Positions 1 to 12,245 of a stretch of 64,000 nucleotides of DNA are shown here, piece by piece. The translations under genes and the position numbers were made by a program. Every line of letters begins with the position of its first letter. Positions within the stretch are counted from its first letter, which is position 1. This stretch comes from Octopus bimaculoides (taxonomy: Eukaryota), in NCBI RefSeq assembly GCF_001194135.2, contig NC_068981.1, positions 34,211,680 to 34,275,679 on the forward strand. Direction: 5' to 3'. The notes under the pieces were generated by a model that did no database searches, was not told the origin of the DNA, and worked only from the letters and a program-made list of their open reading frames with translations.

Positions 1-48
<48 letters not shown>

Positions 49-599
49 CACACACACAAACACAAGCAGACACACACACACACAAGCACAGACACACATA
101 CACACACACACATATATATATGCATACATACATACATATATAAATATGTAAATATACACGTGTGCATGTGTATATATTATGTATACGTATTCTGTAATCT
201 CTCTCGTCCCCTCTTTCTTTCTTTGTGTGAATGCACATATAAATACATATGTGCATGCGTATGTTTTATGTATGCATATGCTTTATAATCTGTATGTATG
301 TATATATGTGTCTATAAACATATAATTTATATGTGTATTTTATATATGCATTATATTCAGTGTTGTCGGCGGATCTCCGTCGTTTAACAAAGAGAATCAT
401 GTGTTCCAGCAACTGAATTATCTGTTTCTGAATTGACTTGTAAGTGGCTGAGCACTGAACATAAATATGTACCCTTAATGTAATTCTCAGGTTACAGTTT
501 ATAACACGGCTGCAGCTTTTGAATTACAAATACAATCCATCTGAAGGGATTCGGGAAAGTTTCCGTCTATCCATTTTCACTGTCAGCTAAGATTCGAGA

Positions 600-2330
600 A
601 GATGGCACTACCGCAAGATATGCACATGGTGATGCATGAAAGATAGGTGTATGTCCAAAGAGACAGTGGGTGTGTGTACATGTGTGTATCAAAGAGACAA
701 AATGGTTGATTGAAGTTGTGGGCTAGTGCAATGCTCCGCAACCAGTACACCGCGGTACACTGGTGTGTCACTAGGCAATGCTTGGTGTGCCGCAGTGTGA
801 CCTGAATATAATATTTTCCCCTATACTTTTAGTAATATTTTTAGTTCTGGTGTGCCACCGAATTTTGAAAAGAATATAAGTGTATCGCAAGTGAAAAAAA
901 GGTTGCGGGACATTATACTAGAGTATGAAGTGTGTGTATGAAAGTTGGAGAGAAATGAGGTGCAGGTAGTGGAGTAAGTGAGTGAACTGTGAGGACAGGT
1001 GGGGCAGCGAGGGATTGGAAAACTGGGGAACAGATGGAAAAGGTGTTCAATTCTGGAACAGGAGCGAGGAAGATAATGAAGGGTAGAAAAAGTGAGGCGG
1101 TGCATTTAAAACTAAAGATGTGTAGGTTTTGAGAAAGATAAGCTTCTTCTCTTTTTAGAAGCGAATGTTGGGAAGACCAAGAAGTGTTGTGTGCAATGGA
1201 CCGCGAGACAAGCGAGCCACTGTCAAGTAAGATGTTATTGAAGTACTTCACGAACCAGTCGCTAGCCGGTTTGCCCAATGTAGAGCGAATCGCAGAAGGA
1301 ATATTGACGTGTGTGTATGAAATTGGTGGAGGTGCAACGGAAAGTGTACTTAATATGGAAGATGCAGTGATTGGTTCCGGTAAGAACGATGGTGTTGGAG
1401 ACAAAAAACTAAGTGTGACAGGGGGAACAAGTGAAGGGAATGGATCTCGAAAGGGGTCAGAGTTGGGAAGAGGAAGAACCTTGTTCGTGGTGGCTGCATA
1501 GGTTGCAGAGTTGGGGTGGAGGTGAGAAGTATGAGTGCCAAAATGGAGGGGGTGGAAGAAGCGTGAAAAGGTTACTGAAAGAGAAGTGTGGCGAGGTGGT
1601 AGACGGGGGGAATAAAGATTCGGTGGGCTGAATGGTATGGGCACAGAAAGAGAAGCTTGGGTAAGTGCAGATGCGTAAATGCATCGAGAACATATGTGTT
1701 GAGCCTGAGCCTCAAAAATCATGGTTACGGTTATAGAAGATAGCGGAAACGCAGGAACTAGGAGTAGAGGATGGGGCATGTTTGGAGTGAGTCGGGTGAT
1801 ATGGTCAGGGAAATTGAAGGAGATGGGGAGGTAAAATGGAGAGAAGGATGAACGATGACAAAGGAGATGAATGAATTTAAGTTTTAACAAGGGGAAGAGG
1901 TAGCCGATATTGTCATTCATCAATATAATGACTGTATAGCATTGGGGTGGAAACAGTAATCTGAAAAAGGAAAAGCTTAGTCAACAAATAAAATGGTGTA
2001 GAAAGGGCCTATTCTTGTGTCCATTGCCACTCCAATGATCTTTTCGTAGATCACGCTCGCGACTGGTCCCGCGGAACAAGTAAAGGGGGCTGAACCAGCT
2101 TGGGATCAGTGTGCAGTGTCAGCTCTGTGAAGCAATCGACGGTAGGGGTACAGAAGGGGTACCATTAAAAATGTGCTCAGTCTTTGATGAACTGGTTTGA
2201 GCTTGGCATCCAATGCAGTGGTCGGAAGTGAAAAGTTAATAGAGCCTTTGAAATTTCGCCGATTGTTTGCCGGAGCCACAATTAGCAAAGATTCGAAGTC
2301 ACTCTCAATCTTTTCCTTGTGAATATGTTG
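600..2330 (-). mobile_element. Degenerate Penelope-like retroelement (RT plus Cys-rich linker and GIY-YIG region; Neptune-like), frameshifted
   Basis: Minus-strand translation across frames gives NIHK, LDAKLKPVHQRLSTF, GVAMDTRIGPFYTILFVD (cf. GVAMGTRMGPSYANLFVG), YID..DNIG (catalytic YxDD region), IPFS, then RCPTCPH, FTC and LRSIALAHNFNQP of the linker and endonuclease region. Confidence 0.8.
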
Positions 2331-2465
2331 TACTTTAATTCAAATGTATGTAGAAATTCTTCAATTACTGTTTGCATATTTTTATATATAACTCTACATG
2401 AAAATAAACATTAATACTTATACATATATACCAGCTCCCTTTCTCTCTCTTTATATATCTATGTA

Positions 2466-2500
<35 letters not shown>

Positions 2501-3418
2501 TCATATAAGAATGTGTGTTTGGTGCACCAGCATGACCGCAGCCACTTGGCTGAAACACATAAATAAATAAATACATACATACATGCATACATGCATACAT
2601 GCATGCACACACATACACTCAGAAGTACACATACGCATATATATATATATATATATATACATACATTTATGTAGGGTGGGGTCTGTGTGCGCTCGCGAAC
2701 ATTGTGCATTACCATGTTAGAATATATATGTATTACATCCTTCTGATGCATGCGACAAAGGGGGATAAAGAAGTTGAGAGATATAGATAGAAACAGTGAG
2801 AGAGAAAGGGGGAGAGAGAGAGAGAGAGAGAAAGAGAAAGAGAAAGAGAGAGAGGAAAAGAGAGAGAGAGGAAAAGAGAGAGAAAAGGAGAGACAGAGAT
2901 ACAGAATGTGATAGAAAATTTAACAGAGAAAGTAATGGCGAGGATCTGTGATAAGATATTTATAGTTTCATGCAAGAATATGTCTCAGAAATACTTTGTT
3001 GATATGCAAATGTTTGTTCCAAACAGCGATATGAAAAATTGGCTAATTTCAAATATCCGTTGAACTGCCCACCTAATATTCTCTTTACCTATCTCTGCCT
3101 GCAATTTCGAACGGAATTTATTCATATTTAATTCTAACTCTCATTTTGCTTATCAATGTTTTGATTCGTTTCAGTAATAACTATGCTCCGCTTCGTTCTG
3201 GCCATCTCCATAAGTTTGTATAAGATATTCGTGTTTGTTCGTCTCAATGTAATACATATGTTCGTCATAGTTTCTGTTTCTTGTTGCAATATTGACTTAT
3301 GTTACCATGGTTTTTGTACCAGGTAACAAGTAATTAAGAAAACTGGGAATAAGCAGTGGAATTACATATTAGCTTTTCCTTCAGATTATCTTTTCTCCGT
3401 TTCAATGTCGGCTGCATG

Positions 3419-3508
<90 letters not shown>

Positions 3509-4438
3509 ATAACATGAATAATAATTTTAATATTCACTGTTGGTCGGTCGTCATCCTCTCACTTCATATTTTGCCATAAGACAAAAGTCTGCTTTTCTTT
3601 AATACATCGAAAACTCAAGGAAATTCTGTATTGTCAAATGTTGTTGACAGAAATCTGGTGTAGTCAAATCCAGAGACACAGTCCTCGGTGATGTATATGC
3701 ACGAATGATAATTAGAGAAGATGCAGCAATGGGTAGAAAGAGTAATTAAATGATTTAAATGTTTTATAGTATGTAAAGCTTAGTATATGTTTTTAATTCC
3801 TTCAGATGTGAGCAGTATAAGAAATTTAATTGAGTTTCGGAAATGATCAACTACTGAATAGGAATGGAATATTTTCTTGCCTCGAACAGGAAGTCTAGCT
3901 GTTTTAGTAAAGCTATATATAAAAGATAAGAGATTACGATATCTAGGTTTTGCACTAAATTTGAGGAGATAGAATGAGAGGGTGACCGACGGTAACGGAA
4001 ACGATAAACGAGCAACCCACCCCTCCTCACAGCAGTGTCTCTATACCCATACGAAGCGCTCATTACTGGAAGGTGGGATCAAGCAAAGATAGGATATTTA
4101 TAAAACTTCCTGTTCATGATAAGTTACATGTCAACTATCTGCAGAACGTAGGTCCTTATTTTCCCATCCTGACCCATAAATACCTCACAGGAAATTTTGA
4201 GCTTTCCAGCCTTAAAAAATGACATGGCAACATGGAAAGTGTTATAGAGACGATGTTTAGAACAGGGGCCTTCATGTGGGTCATAACCAACGCAAGTGGA
4301 CATTCTCTAGGACTTTTCAGTTGTATTTTTAGGCCTCTTATTTTCTATTAGTATTTAATAAAAGCGAAATAATTTCCAGTGATCGGTCTCGGTTAGAGCA
4401 TGCGTGGGCTAAGATTACGTGCCCTCCATTATCAGTTA

Positions 4439-4617
4439 AAGTTTAGACAGCGTCACGTGACAACTTGCTGGGGCTGCTTGCTGGAGCCTAGCAGCGGGAA
4501 GTTTAGACAGTGTCATGTGACAACTTGCTGGGGCTGCCTACTGGACCCTAGCAGCGGGAAATTTAGACAGTGTCACGTGACAACTTGCTGGGCAGCCTGC
4601 TGGAGCCTAGCAGCAGG
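4439..4617 (+). repeat. 3 x 60-bp tandem repeat, each unit carrying GTCA(C/T)GTGAC
   Basis: GTTTAGACAG-GTCAYGTGACAACTTGCTGGG recurs at 4441, 4501 and 4561 (exact 60-bp period). Confidence 0.95.
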
Positions 4618-4650
4618 TATAAAAAGGGGAATTTGACAAGACAGTCAGTC
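4618..4650 (+). promoter_or_regulatory. Candidate Pol II core promoter (TATA plus Inr)
   Basis: TATAAAAA at 4618-4625 and TCAGT at 4645-4649, with the Inr A 29 nt from the first T of TATA (canonical spacing). Confidence 0.5.
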
Positions 4651-5446
4651 GGACGCTGACACTCGTTGATGCTGCATCGAAGAGGGGAATAGAAGAAAGA
4701 AGCCATGCACCCAACACCAGAGCTGAAGACACCTCCGAAAGGGGGTGCCCCGCCACGTCAAAACGGTAGAGGAGTAGGGGCCAAAACCGGACGTGGTTCC
4801 TCCTGATGATGTCTTGAGCTAACTGGATCCTATAAAGGAGCTGTTGTGGTAGCGGACCACGAAACATGGTTTAAATTCCCCCCAAAGTTTCATCTATTTC
4901 ATGCCTGTAGATGTATTCTCCCTGTGCAGCCAATTACATTCTAGTTAATTGTTTCTTCCCAGCCTCCACATATGCAGTTACTACTCTAACACCATCACAT
5001 AATGGTTTCTTGTGAAATGGCCTTGATCTTTTGCTGTAATCAAGATTCCTTTATTCTCAATTTTTGTCTGTTTACATCCTTTTCAGTTTTTCAGGTATTG
5101 GCTATTGTAGGTACTTTTCATGTCATCGCTTTAGAATGATGTTCAATGTTTAACATTGTTTTGTTTTGTAGTTTTTAACTTTTTCCCAATTTCTGTTGTC
5201 TTTCTATTTTTTCCTATATTTTCCTTTCAATTGTCTGTCAGTTGTTTTCCTTGAAAATAGAAAACGGTTTTTTTTTCTTTCTACGTTCGTGTTTTGCATT
5301 AGTTTTCAATTATCCTTTGCTAGATATATTTGTGCAGTCCGACAGTGACAATTTATCATTGCTTTCCAGTAAGATTTTAAGCGAAATATTCCAAATGCAG
5401 TCGTTATTTTCTTACTTTTATCTTACTTTATTCTTATCGTTCAGTT

Positions 5447-5770
5447 GGAGGCGGCGAGCTGGCAGAAACGTTAGCACGCCGGGCGAAATGCTTAGCGGTA
5501 TTTCGTCTGCCACTACATTCTGAGTTCAAATTCCGCCGAAGTCGAATTTGCCTTTCATCCTTTCGGGGTAGATTAAAAAAGTTCCAATTACGCACTGGGA
5601 TCGATATAATCAACTTAATTCGTTTGTCTCTCCTTGTTTGTCCCCTCTGTGTGTAGCCCCTTGTGGGCAGTAAAGAAATTAAGTACCAGTTTCGCACTGG
5701 GGTGGATGTAATCGACTAGCCCTGTCTCTCAAATTTCAGGCCTTGTGTCTATTGTAGAAAGGGTTCTTAT
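5447..5770 (+). mobile_element. SINE family A (GGCGGCGAGCTGGCAGAA head, Meta-like central domain) with Tx1-type tail, followed by a second 3' half with a different tail
   Basis: Head with GAGTTCAAATTCC B box; GCCTTTCATCCTTTCGGGG central motif; tail TTTGTCCCCTCTGTG...TAAAGAAA at 5637-5678; AAGTACCAG...GGCCTTGTG repeated at 5679-5770. Confidence 0.85.
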
Positions 5771-5784
5771 TTTCAGTTGAAAAT

Positions 5785-5975
5785 ATTGATTTCAAATTTT
5801 GGTACAAGGCCAGCAATTTCGAGCGAGCAGTTAAGTCGATTACATCGACCCCAGTAGTCAACTGGCACTTGTTTTATCGACCTCCCGGCGGAAAGTGAAC
5901 TCAAAATGTAAAGACAAAATGAAATACCACTAAACATTTTACTCGGCGTGCTAACGATTCTGCCATCTCGCCGCC
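5785..5975 (-). mobile_element. SINE family A, diverged copy
   Basis: Reverse complement of the family A head (CTAACGATTCTGCCATCTCGCCGCC) and of the body and tail (GTCGATTACATCGACCCCAG; TTTTGGTACAAGGCCAGC). Confidence 0.8.
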
Positions 5976-6639
5976 TTTTGGGGCTAGTTTTTATAATGGC
6001 ATCAATGTCGTGTCACTGTTTACATGTGAAATAAATATAATCCTACAACACCAGGAAAGAATACTTATACATCTCAGAAAATCTAGGACCTGTTACCATC
6101 GAGCATTTGAGGTGAATAGAATTAAATAAACTACAGAGTTATGTATACTGTACTTCTGTAACGAAACACTTGCATTTCATTTGAACTAAAGACCGTTAAT
6201 CTGAAATGTAATATCACATCCACTCAGCAATCTCCTTTGGCTTTCGTCCGCACAAGGTTAATGGGTGCTCGTGCACTCAATCGATTTTAAGCCTCTCTCT
6301 TCGATAAAACTGACCTTCAGCCCATTCAAATGATCTCATTAGTATTTTCTTTTGTGAAGTAGGAGTGGGTTGCTATTGGATGTTGCTAGTTTGTGTTTGT
6401 AGTCTTAGAATCAATTAACTACGTTGGACAGTACCTAGCAATTAATTATGTTAGCCTGATATGATAATAGAGTTAATAAACAGCTAGTAACTGATGGATT
6501 ATAATTTGTTAGTTTGTATTTCAACCAGAATGTTGTAAAAAAAAAATTAACAGTAGTAAACTACTCACAAGTAGAAGTTTGTGAGCAAGTTCGATTCGCA
6601 GTCGAGTCATTTTACTGCATTTATCATGCATGTAATTTA

Positions 6640-7270
6640 CAGTCGTAGCCAGTGAACAAAAGATACTATAACACTGCAGGAAGATATTTTATGATACATT
6701 AATAAAAGACATTATAACAATCTACAGGAAAACATATGATATACCGTAGGGTGAGAGATATTATGTAATTCTATGAGAAACATTATAGGCAGGCACATTA
6801 TGAAATACTACACGAATAGGTATTATGAAACTATAGGAAGACACTATGTCATACTACAGAAAGAAGCATTATAATACCCTATAAAGAAAACATTAACGCA
6901 TACTGTAAGGAAAGATATTACGATACACTATAGGAAGAATCATGATAGGAAGAAAAAATGACACACTTTAGAAAAAGATATTGACACATTATAAGAGAGA
7001 AGGCGGCGAGCTGGCAGAAACGTTAGCACGCCGGGCGAAATGCTTAGTGGTATTTCGTCTGCCGCTACGTTCTGAGTTCAAATTCCGCCAAGGTCGACTT
7101 TGCCTTTCATCCTCCTTTCGGGGTCGATTAAATAAGTACCAGTTACGCACTGAGGTCGATATAATCGACTTAATCCGTTTGTCTGTCCTTGTTTGTCCTC
7201 TCTGTGTGTAGCCCCTTGTGGGTAGTAAAAGAAATAACACATTATAAGAGAGCTACATTATGAAACGGAG
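6640..7270. repeat. Old degenerate minisatellite (~24-bp unit resembling GACATTATGATACACTATAGGAA)
   Basis: ACATTAT/ATATTAT...CTATAGGAA-like motifs recur at roughly 22-26 bp spacing; interrupted by a SINE insertion. Confidence 0.55.
7000..7236 (+). mobile_element. SINE family A, full length, Tx1-type tail, 16-bp TSD
   Basis: Same head and body as 5447. Identical ACACATTATAAGAGAG flanks at 6984-6999 and 7237-7252. Confidence 0.92.
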
Positions 7271-7653
7271 GCGCAATGGCCCAGTGGTTAGGGCAGCGGA
7301 CTCGCGGTCATAGGATCGCGGTTTCAATTCCCAGACCTGGCATTGTGAGTGTTTATTAAGCGAGAACATCTAAAGCTCCACGAGGCTCCGACAGGAGATG
7401 GTGGCGAACCCTGCTGTACTCTTTCACCACAACTTTCTCTCGCTCTTACTTTCCTGTTTCTGTTGTGCCTGTAATTCAAACGGCCAGCCTTGTCACACTG
7501 TGTCACGCTGAATATCCCCGAGAACTACGTTAATGGTACACGTATCTGTGGAGTGCTCAGCCACTTGCACGTTAATATTACGAGCAGGCTGTTCCGTTGA
7601 TCAGATCAACTGGAACCCTCGACGTCGTAAGCGACGGAGTGCCAACAACAACA
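7267..7653 (+). mobile_element. SINE family B (tRNA-Arg-like head), full length, 10-bp TSD
   Basis: A box TGGCCCAGTGG, B box GGTTTCAATTCC, 3' end GCGACGGAGTGCCAACAACAA. TSD ATTATGAAAC at 7257-7266 and 7654-7663. Confidence 0.92.
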
Positions 7654-8467
7654 ATTATGAAACATACGAAGACCTAATAGGAATCACTTGAGTTTCTTTT
7701 GAAAGGCGAGACCTTCAGTTAGGATCCCAAAACCTCTATGGTTGCAGGAAATCTTTTTTCTTCTTAAGACATTTCGAAGTAACACAACAGTAATGTTGTT
7801 TTAATATAGAAACCATTGTTTCCTAGCAATGACACAAGAAAACAAATTTATTAGGGAGGTGGTAAAATAGCTATTATGAGACGTTAATGTTTATGTAATG
7901 TATTTTAAACGTGTACAAATAAATTAATTGGCCTCCGCTGGAAACTGAAACAGGATCAGAAAATCAGCGGTACAGATGTTCAACTCTTTCTCTATAGCAC
8001 TCAATACATGTATACAAGGAAACTATTTATGCTGCTATTGTTGTTGTTAGTCCAAGGCCTTCCTTGATCAAGCGGGCCTATGATCAAATCCATTCTGGAC
8101 GTGACCACTTCATCTTTTATCGAAAACTACAATATCTAATGTATTCTCTCATTTTTCCAAGACATTACAGTGTGATTTGAAGGAAAGTTGATTGCAATTG
8201 CTTGCAGGCCAGTCAGCTGTATAGAAGCTTTCTTGCTGTTTTGAGAAACTATTTCTAAAATAAGTCCAATGTTTTTTAATTGAAAGTGGGGATTTAGTAT
8301 GGTGTAGTGTGATGTTTCTAATATTCCCGATCATATAAACCAAGACACGATTGCCGTTAATTACAACCGAATATGACCTAGCAGCACGTAATATACTTTC
8401 ACAAATTGTTTTAGGGGCATATGTAACTGTAAAAAGGATACCCTTTCGGAACTCTCAACCATTGATT

Positions 8468-8737
8468 CAGTATAATGGTTCTCATCTGGAGTCCATATGA
8501 CTCTTGGGGGTCCATTCAAGATTTTGCTGTTAAATTTTATCTGCAATGAATTGGTTATACTTCTACGATATACAAAATATTTTAACAATTTTTATACACT
8601 TTCCCAAAATATTTCATCGTGAAAATATAATTGAATTTTTTAAAACATCGGGTGGCTAGGAGGGTCCATTCGAATCAAAAAGGAATTAAAGGAGTCCACG
8701 TGTAAAAGAAATAGTAGGGAAACACTAATCTAGTGGA
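8468..8737. mobile_element. Probable hAT-type MITE remnant
   Basis: CAGT..GGTTCTCA start and GGAGTCCA...GGGAAACACT end resemble CAGTGGTTCTCAA-type termini; a related end occurs at 47680-47765. Confidence 0.4.
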
Positions 8738-9538
8738 AGAGCGAGGATAACTAGAGGGAGAAGAGGATGCACAAGCACAAGACTGGTACTCACTTTCAGT
8801 TCCGCGGGCTAGAACAACTTCAAATGAAGTACATTACTCAAGGACACAATAGGCCACCGGTCCCGGAATTGATAATAAAAAATATAGCTAGAATTGGGAA
8901 AGATAACAGGTCCGCTGTCATTACTCCATAAAATTTTTCCATCTATTCAGCAACACTCATCACTTCATGGAGAAGCTATTACGAGACGCAATGATATATA
9001 GTGAATGCTTCATGTTTAAGAGCATCGGTGTCTGTTAATGTGACTGTAGGTGTTGCTGTTCACTGATGGTGAAACATTAAAACCTCATTCTCTAAAGTTT
9101 CCCTCCGGCTTATGAAGCTATGTATAAACACTACCTGGCGATCCATGTTTCTTTTATACCTTCCACGTACAGACTTGCTTCTTCTGATGAAATACGCATG
9201 TTCCCCGTTGTATGTATGTTTGAGTTGATAGCTTCAAGCGATACTTGTAACGTGATTGATATGAACAACGACTGAAATCGTTAAACCGCTGTTTATGCCT
9301 ATAAAGGAGCCGAAAGAACATTTACTAGAAAACGTTTAAAAGAACCAGGGTATGAGGAAACTGGTGGCTGTGTACTTCGGTGAAAATAAAAAGAAGAAAT
9401 GTATATAATTATGTTTGTGCTTGTGGAGAAATTTGTATTGCCGTAGGGAGAAGCAAAACTTGATGTCTCGTTGCTGTGCATTCATCTGCAAACAAGAAAG
9501 CATCTCTCTCTCTCTCTCTGTCTATCTCTATATGTCTG

Positions 9539-9601
<63 letters not shown>

Positions 9602-10280
9602 GTCTATCGGTCTATCTATCTCAAACGAAGGGATTGCTCCATCATGATAGCTTCCACTACACTCCACGTCATGCAAACGTAGCTAAACTCACGAACAGAT
9701 TTATTGAAAAGACACATAAATGACTCAGTAACACAATACTGGGTTATCATGGTAATTATGTAAACATTTTATGCAACAATTTCTAAGTTTATGTCGATAT
9801 ATTTTATTTTTCTATTTCCTGCTTTTTATGTCCAAGACAAAAAATAGTGAATTCTCCTTGCTTTATTATTGGCATACGGCGGCAAAAGCAGAAGTGACTT
9901 CTAATGAAGCTGACATCCTGCCGGATTTACATGCATACATGCACATACCACACTGAATGCAACCCATTTACATTATTATAATTGTAACAACTAACTTATG
10001 ATCTTTACAAATATGTTTGACACGACTGCGTGCTCAGTAACACGCTTATTCCCGCTTAGCCTTTATACTTGTATTTATACATGCACACACATACACACTC
10101 GCAGTCACACTCGCACACACGTACACGCACACACAAACACGCTCTCACACAGACACACACACACATGTCACTGTTAATATTCATCTCGTTAAAGAATAAC
10201 AAATTTGTACTCTGTGGAGTCACCTTTCAGATTAATGTAAATTGTTTTTATTATAACTGAACATAAAAAAACCCCCAACA

Positions 10281-10323
<43 letters not shown>

Positions 10324-10325
<2 letters not shown>

Positions 10326-10581
10326 TGAGACCCCCTTCGGTCATGACTGACCATGGGATTGCACCTAGAAAGTTACCCTCCCAGGTACAAGTCCGGGCAA
10401 GGTTGTTTATGGAAGACCAGCAGTCGCCCATGCATAACGGCCTCCCCTCTCCATGCCTCCAATGTTATCCAAGGGAAAGGCAAAGGCCGATACAGCTTGG
10501 CACCAGTGACGTCGTAACTCATTTCTACAGCTGAGTGAACTGGAGCAACGTGAAATAAAGTGTCTTGCTCAAGAACACAAC
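10324..10581 (-). mobile_element. SINE family D (CORE-type), head missing
   Basis: Minus strand reads GTGTTCTTGAGCAAGACACTTTATTTCACGTTGCTCCAG (CORE-like). Related copies at 23270-23400, 46790-46915 and 57023-57150. Confidence 0.75.
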
Positions 10582-10622
10582 TCGTAGCATGGCTGCTGTC
10601 AAGACTGAAGCAAATAAAAGAA

Positions 10623-10715
<93 letters not shown>

Positions 10716-11234
10716 ATGAAGAAAAGGGAGAATGAAATTATTAAAGACGTAGGGACGTCCCAACTTTACTATGCTTTCTTCTCACCTTCTCTCATCTGTT
10801 TAAAGGTTTATATCACTTTCACTTTCGTTCTTTTGCTAGTTAAAGTTCACTCGCATTCTTGCTCAGTTTCATACTTTTAGAATCATCTGTCTTTCTTACA
10901 CTCTTTCCTTTCTTTTTCTCTCACCCCCCCTCTCTCTCAATCTATTAATCTATCTATCTATCTCTTTATTGAATCCATTGTTTCCGTCCCTCTCATTTTT
11001 CTCCATCTCCCTCTCTCTATCAATCTTTCTCCATTTATCATTAGCAACGATAACGTCGCTACTAGTATCTCCTCAACCACCACCGCCACTACAACCATAG
11101 CCACCAACTGGATATTTCTTAATTCATGTGAGTTACTTCCCTTGGCGTTACACATAACGTATATTAAAGACAGAACCAAGATTAAAATTGTGGGATTTAT
11201 CCGTCTCTTTTTCTATCAATCAATCAATCAATCA

Positions 11235-11290
<56 letters not shown>

Positions 11291-12155
11291 CACCTGTTCA
11301 AGACGACTTTCGGGCCGGGACCTACGGACAACTTCCAGAGATCTCTGGCCTGGCAGCGCTATCGAGAAGCGCTACCCGTTCGGGATAAACTCTACAGGCA
11401 TGGTTCGAAAAACACGGTGCCGACCTGCCCGAGATGCGGTCAGAGCGACGAAACCGTTCTGCACGCACTCGTACAGTGTCCACCCATTTCCGACCTGTGC
11501 GCCCATGTCGAACGACTGCTATCGCGTGTGGGACGAGTCAGTTTATCAACCGAGTCTATCTTGAATATCGTCGCGCCTCCTTCTTTGAAACGGGAAGGAA
11601 GAGCTATTTTCATGATAGTTGTGGCAATGGCGACAGAATGTGTATGGTGGACGCGTCTGAAAGGTCTAGAGACAAACACTTTCCTCTCTGGTCAATCTCT
11701 CATCAACTTCTTCGAGTATCACTTGAAGAGGAAGGTGAGAGTAGAGAGGGAAGATTTGTCTAGTGGATGTTTCAAAAAAAGATGGGTGAACCTAGCAAGG
11801 ATGGCACGTGTGAATGATGGAGCCACCTTGAGCATAATCCTATGAACCAGAAAAAGAAAAGAAAAAAGAGAGTCACTTACTGTAATGTGTTTTTTGCATG
11901 ACATTATTGCCCGAGGTTACCATGGTCTTTTCCGTAGGCTTTTCTTTCCGCGGATAAGCCTAATCTGTTTACCATTTTACACTATGACATTTCTGTAATA
12001 CACGATCCCTATTGATCGGCTTCCCCACTTTTTTTTCACGATCCCTTTTGATCGAAATTCTACCCCCCCCCCTTTTTTTCTTCCCTTCCAAAAAGAAAAG
12101 CTCTACTTTGTATTTTGTCCCCTCTGTGTTCAGTTCTGTGTGGCCAATAAAGAAA
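11291..12155 (+). mobile_element. 5'-truncated Tx1/L1-clade LINE (ORF2 C-terminal CCHC zinc knuckle plus 3' UTR)
   Basis: Frame is open from ~11291 to the stop at 11845: FQRSLAWQRYREALPVRDKLYRHG...CPRCGQSDETVLHALVQC (CxxC-x8-H-x4-C). 3' UTR ends AATAAAGAAA; flanked by (TCTA)n and (TC)n. Confidence 0.85.
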
Positions 12156-12172
12156 CATATCTCTCTCTCTCA

Positions 12173-12245
<73 letters not shown>

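Larger units (their letters stand above)
4381..4866 (+). mobile_element. LTR-like module (possible solo LTR) with tandem enhancer-like repeats, TATA box and initiator
   Basis: GC-rich island in AT-rich DNA. Three ~60-bp tandem units are followed by TATAAAAA at 4618 and TCAGT at 4645, and the module ends in ...GAAACA. No TSD found, so the boundaries are uncertain. Confidence 0.45.

Noticed and set aside
913-1923. 336-aa ORF as a host gene
   Set aside because: It drifts in and out of the frame of a frameshifted Penelope-like element; only short parts match RT motifs.
3651-3846. Two possible small plus-strand exons (KSGVVKSRDTVLGDVYAR...)
   Set aside because: Weak donor, very short implied intron, no recognised homology.
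4439-4617. CRISPR-like array
   Set aside because: Contiguous 60-bp units without unique spacers, eukaryotic context, no cas genes.
4803-4875. CTGATGA...CGAAAC as a hammerhead
   Set aside because: Stem II and stem I do not pair in hammerhead topology; GGACCACG pairs upstream of the core instead.
7267-7340. tRNA genes at SINE heads
   Set aside because: A and B boxes are present, but there is no complete cloverleaf and each runs into a SINE body.
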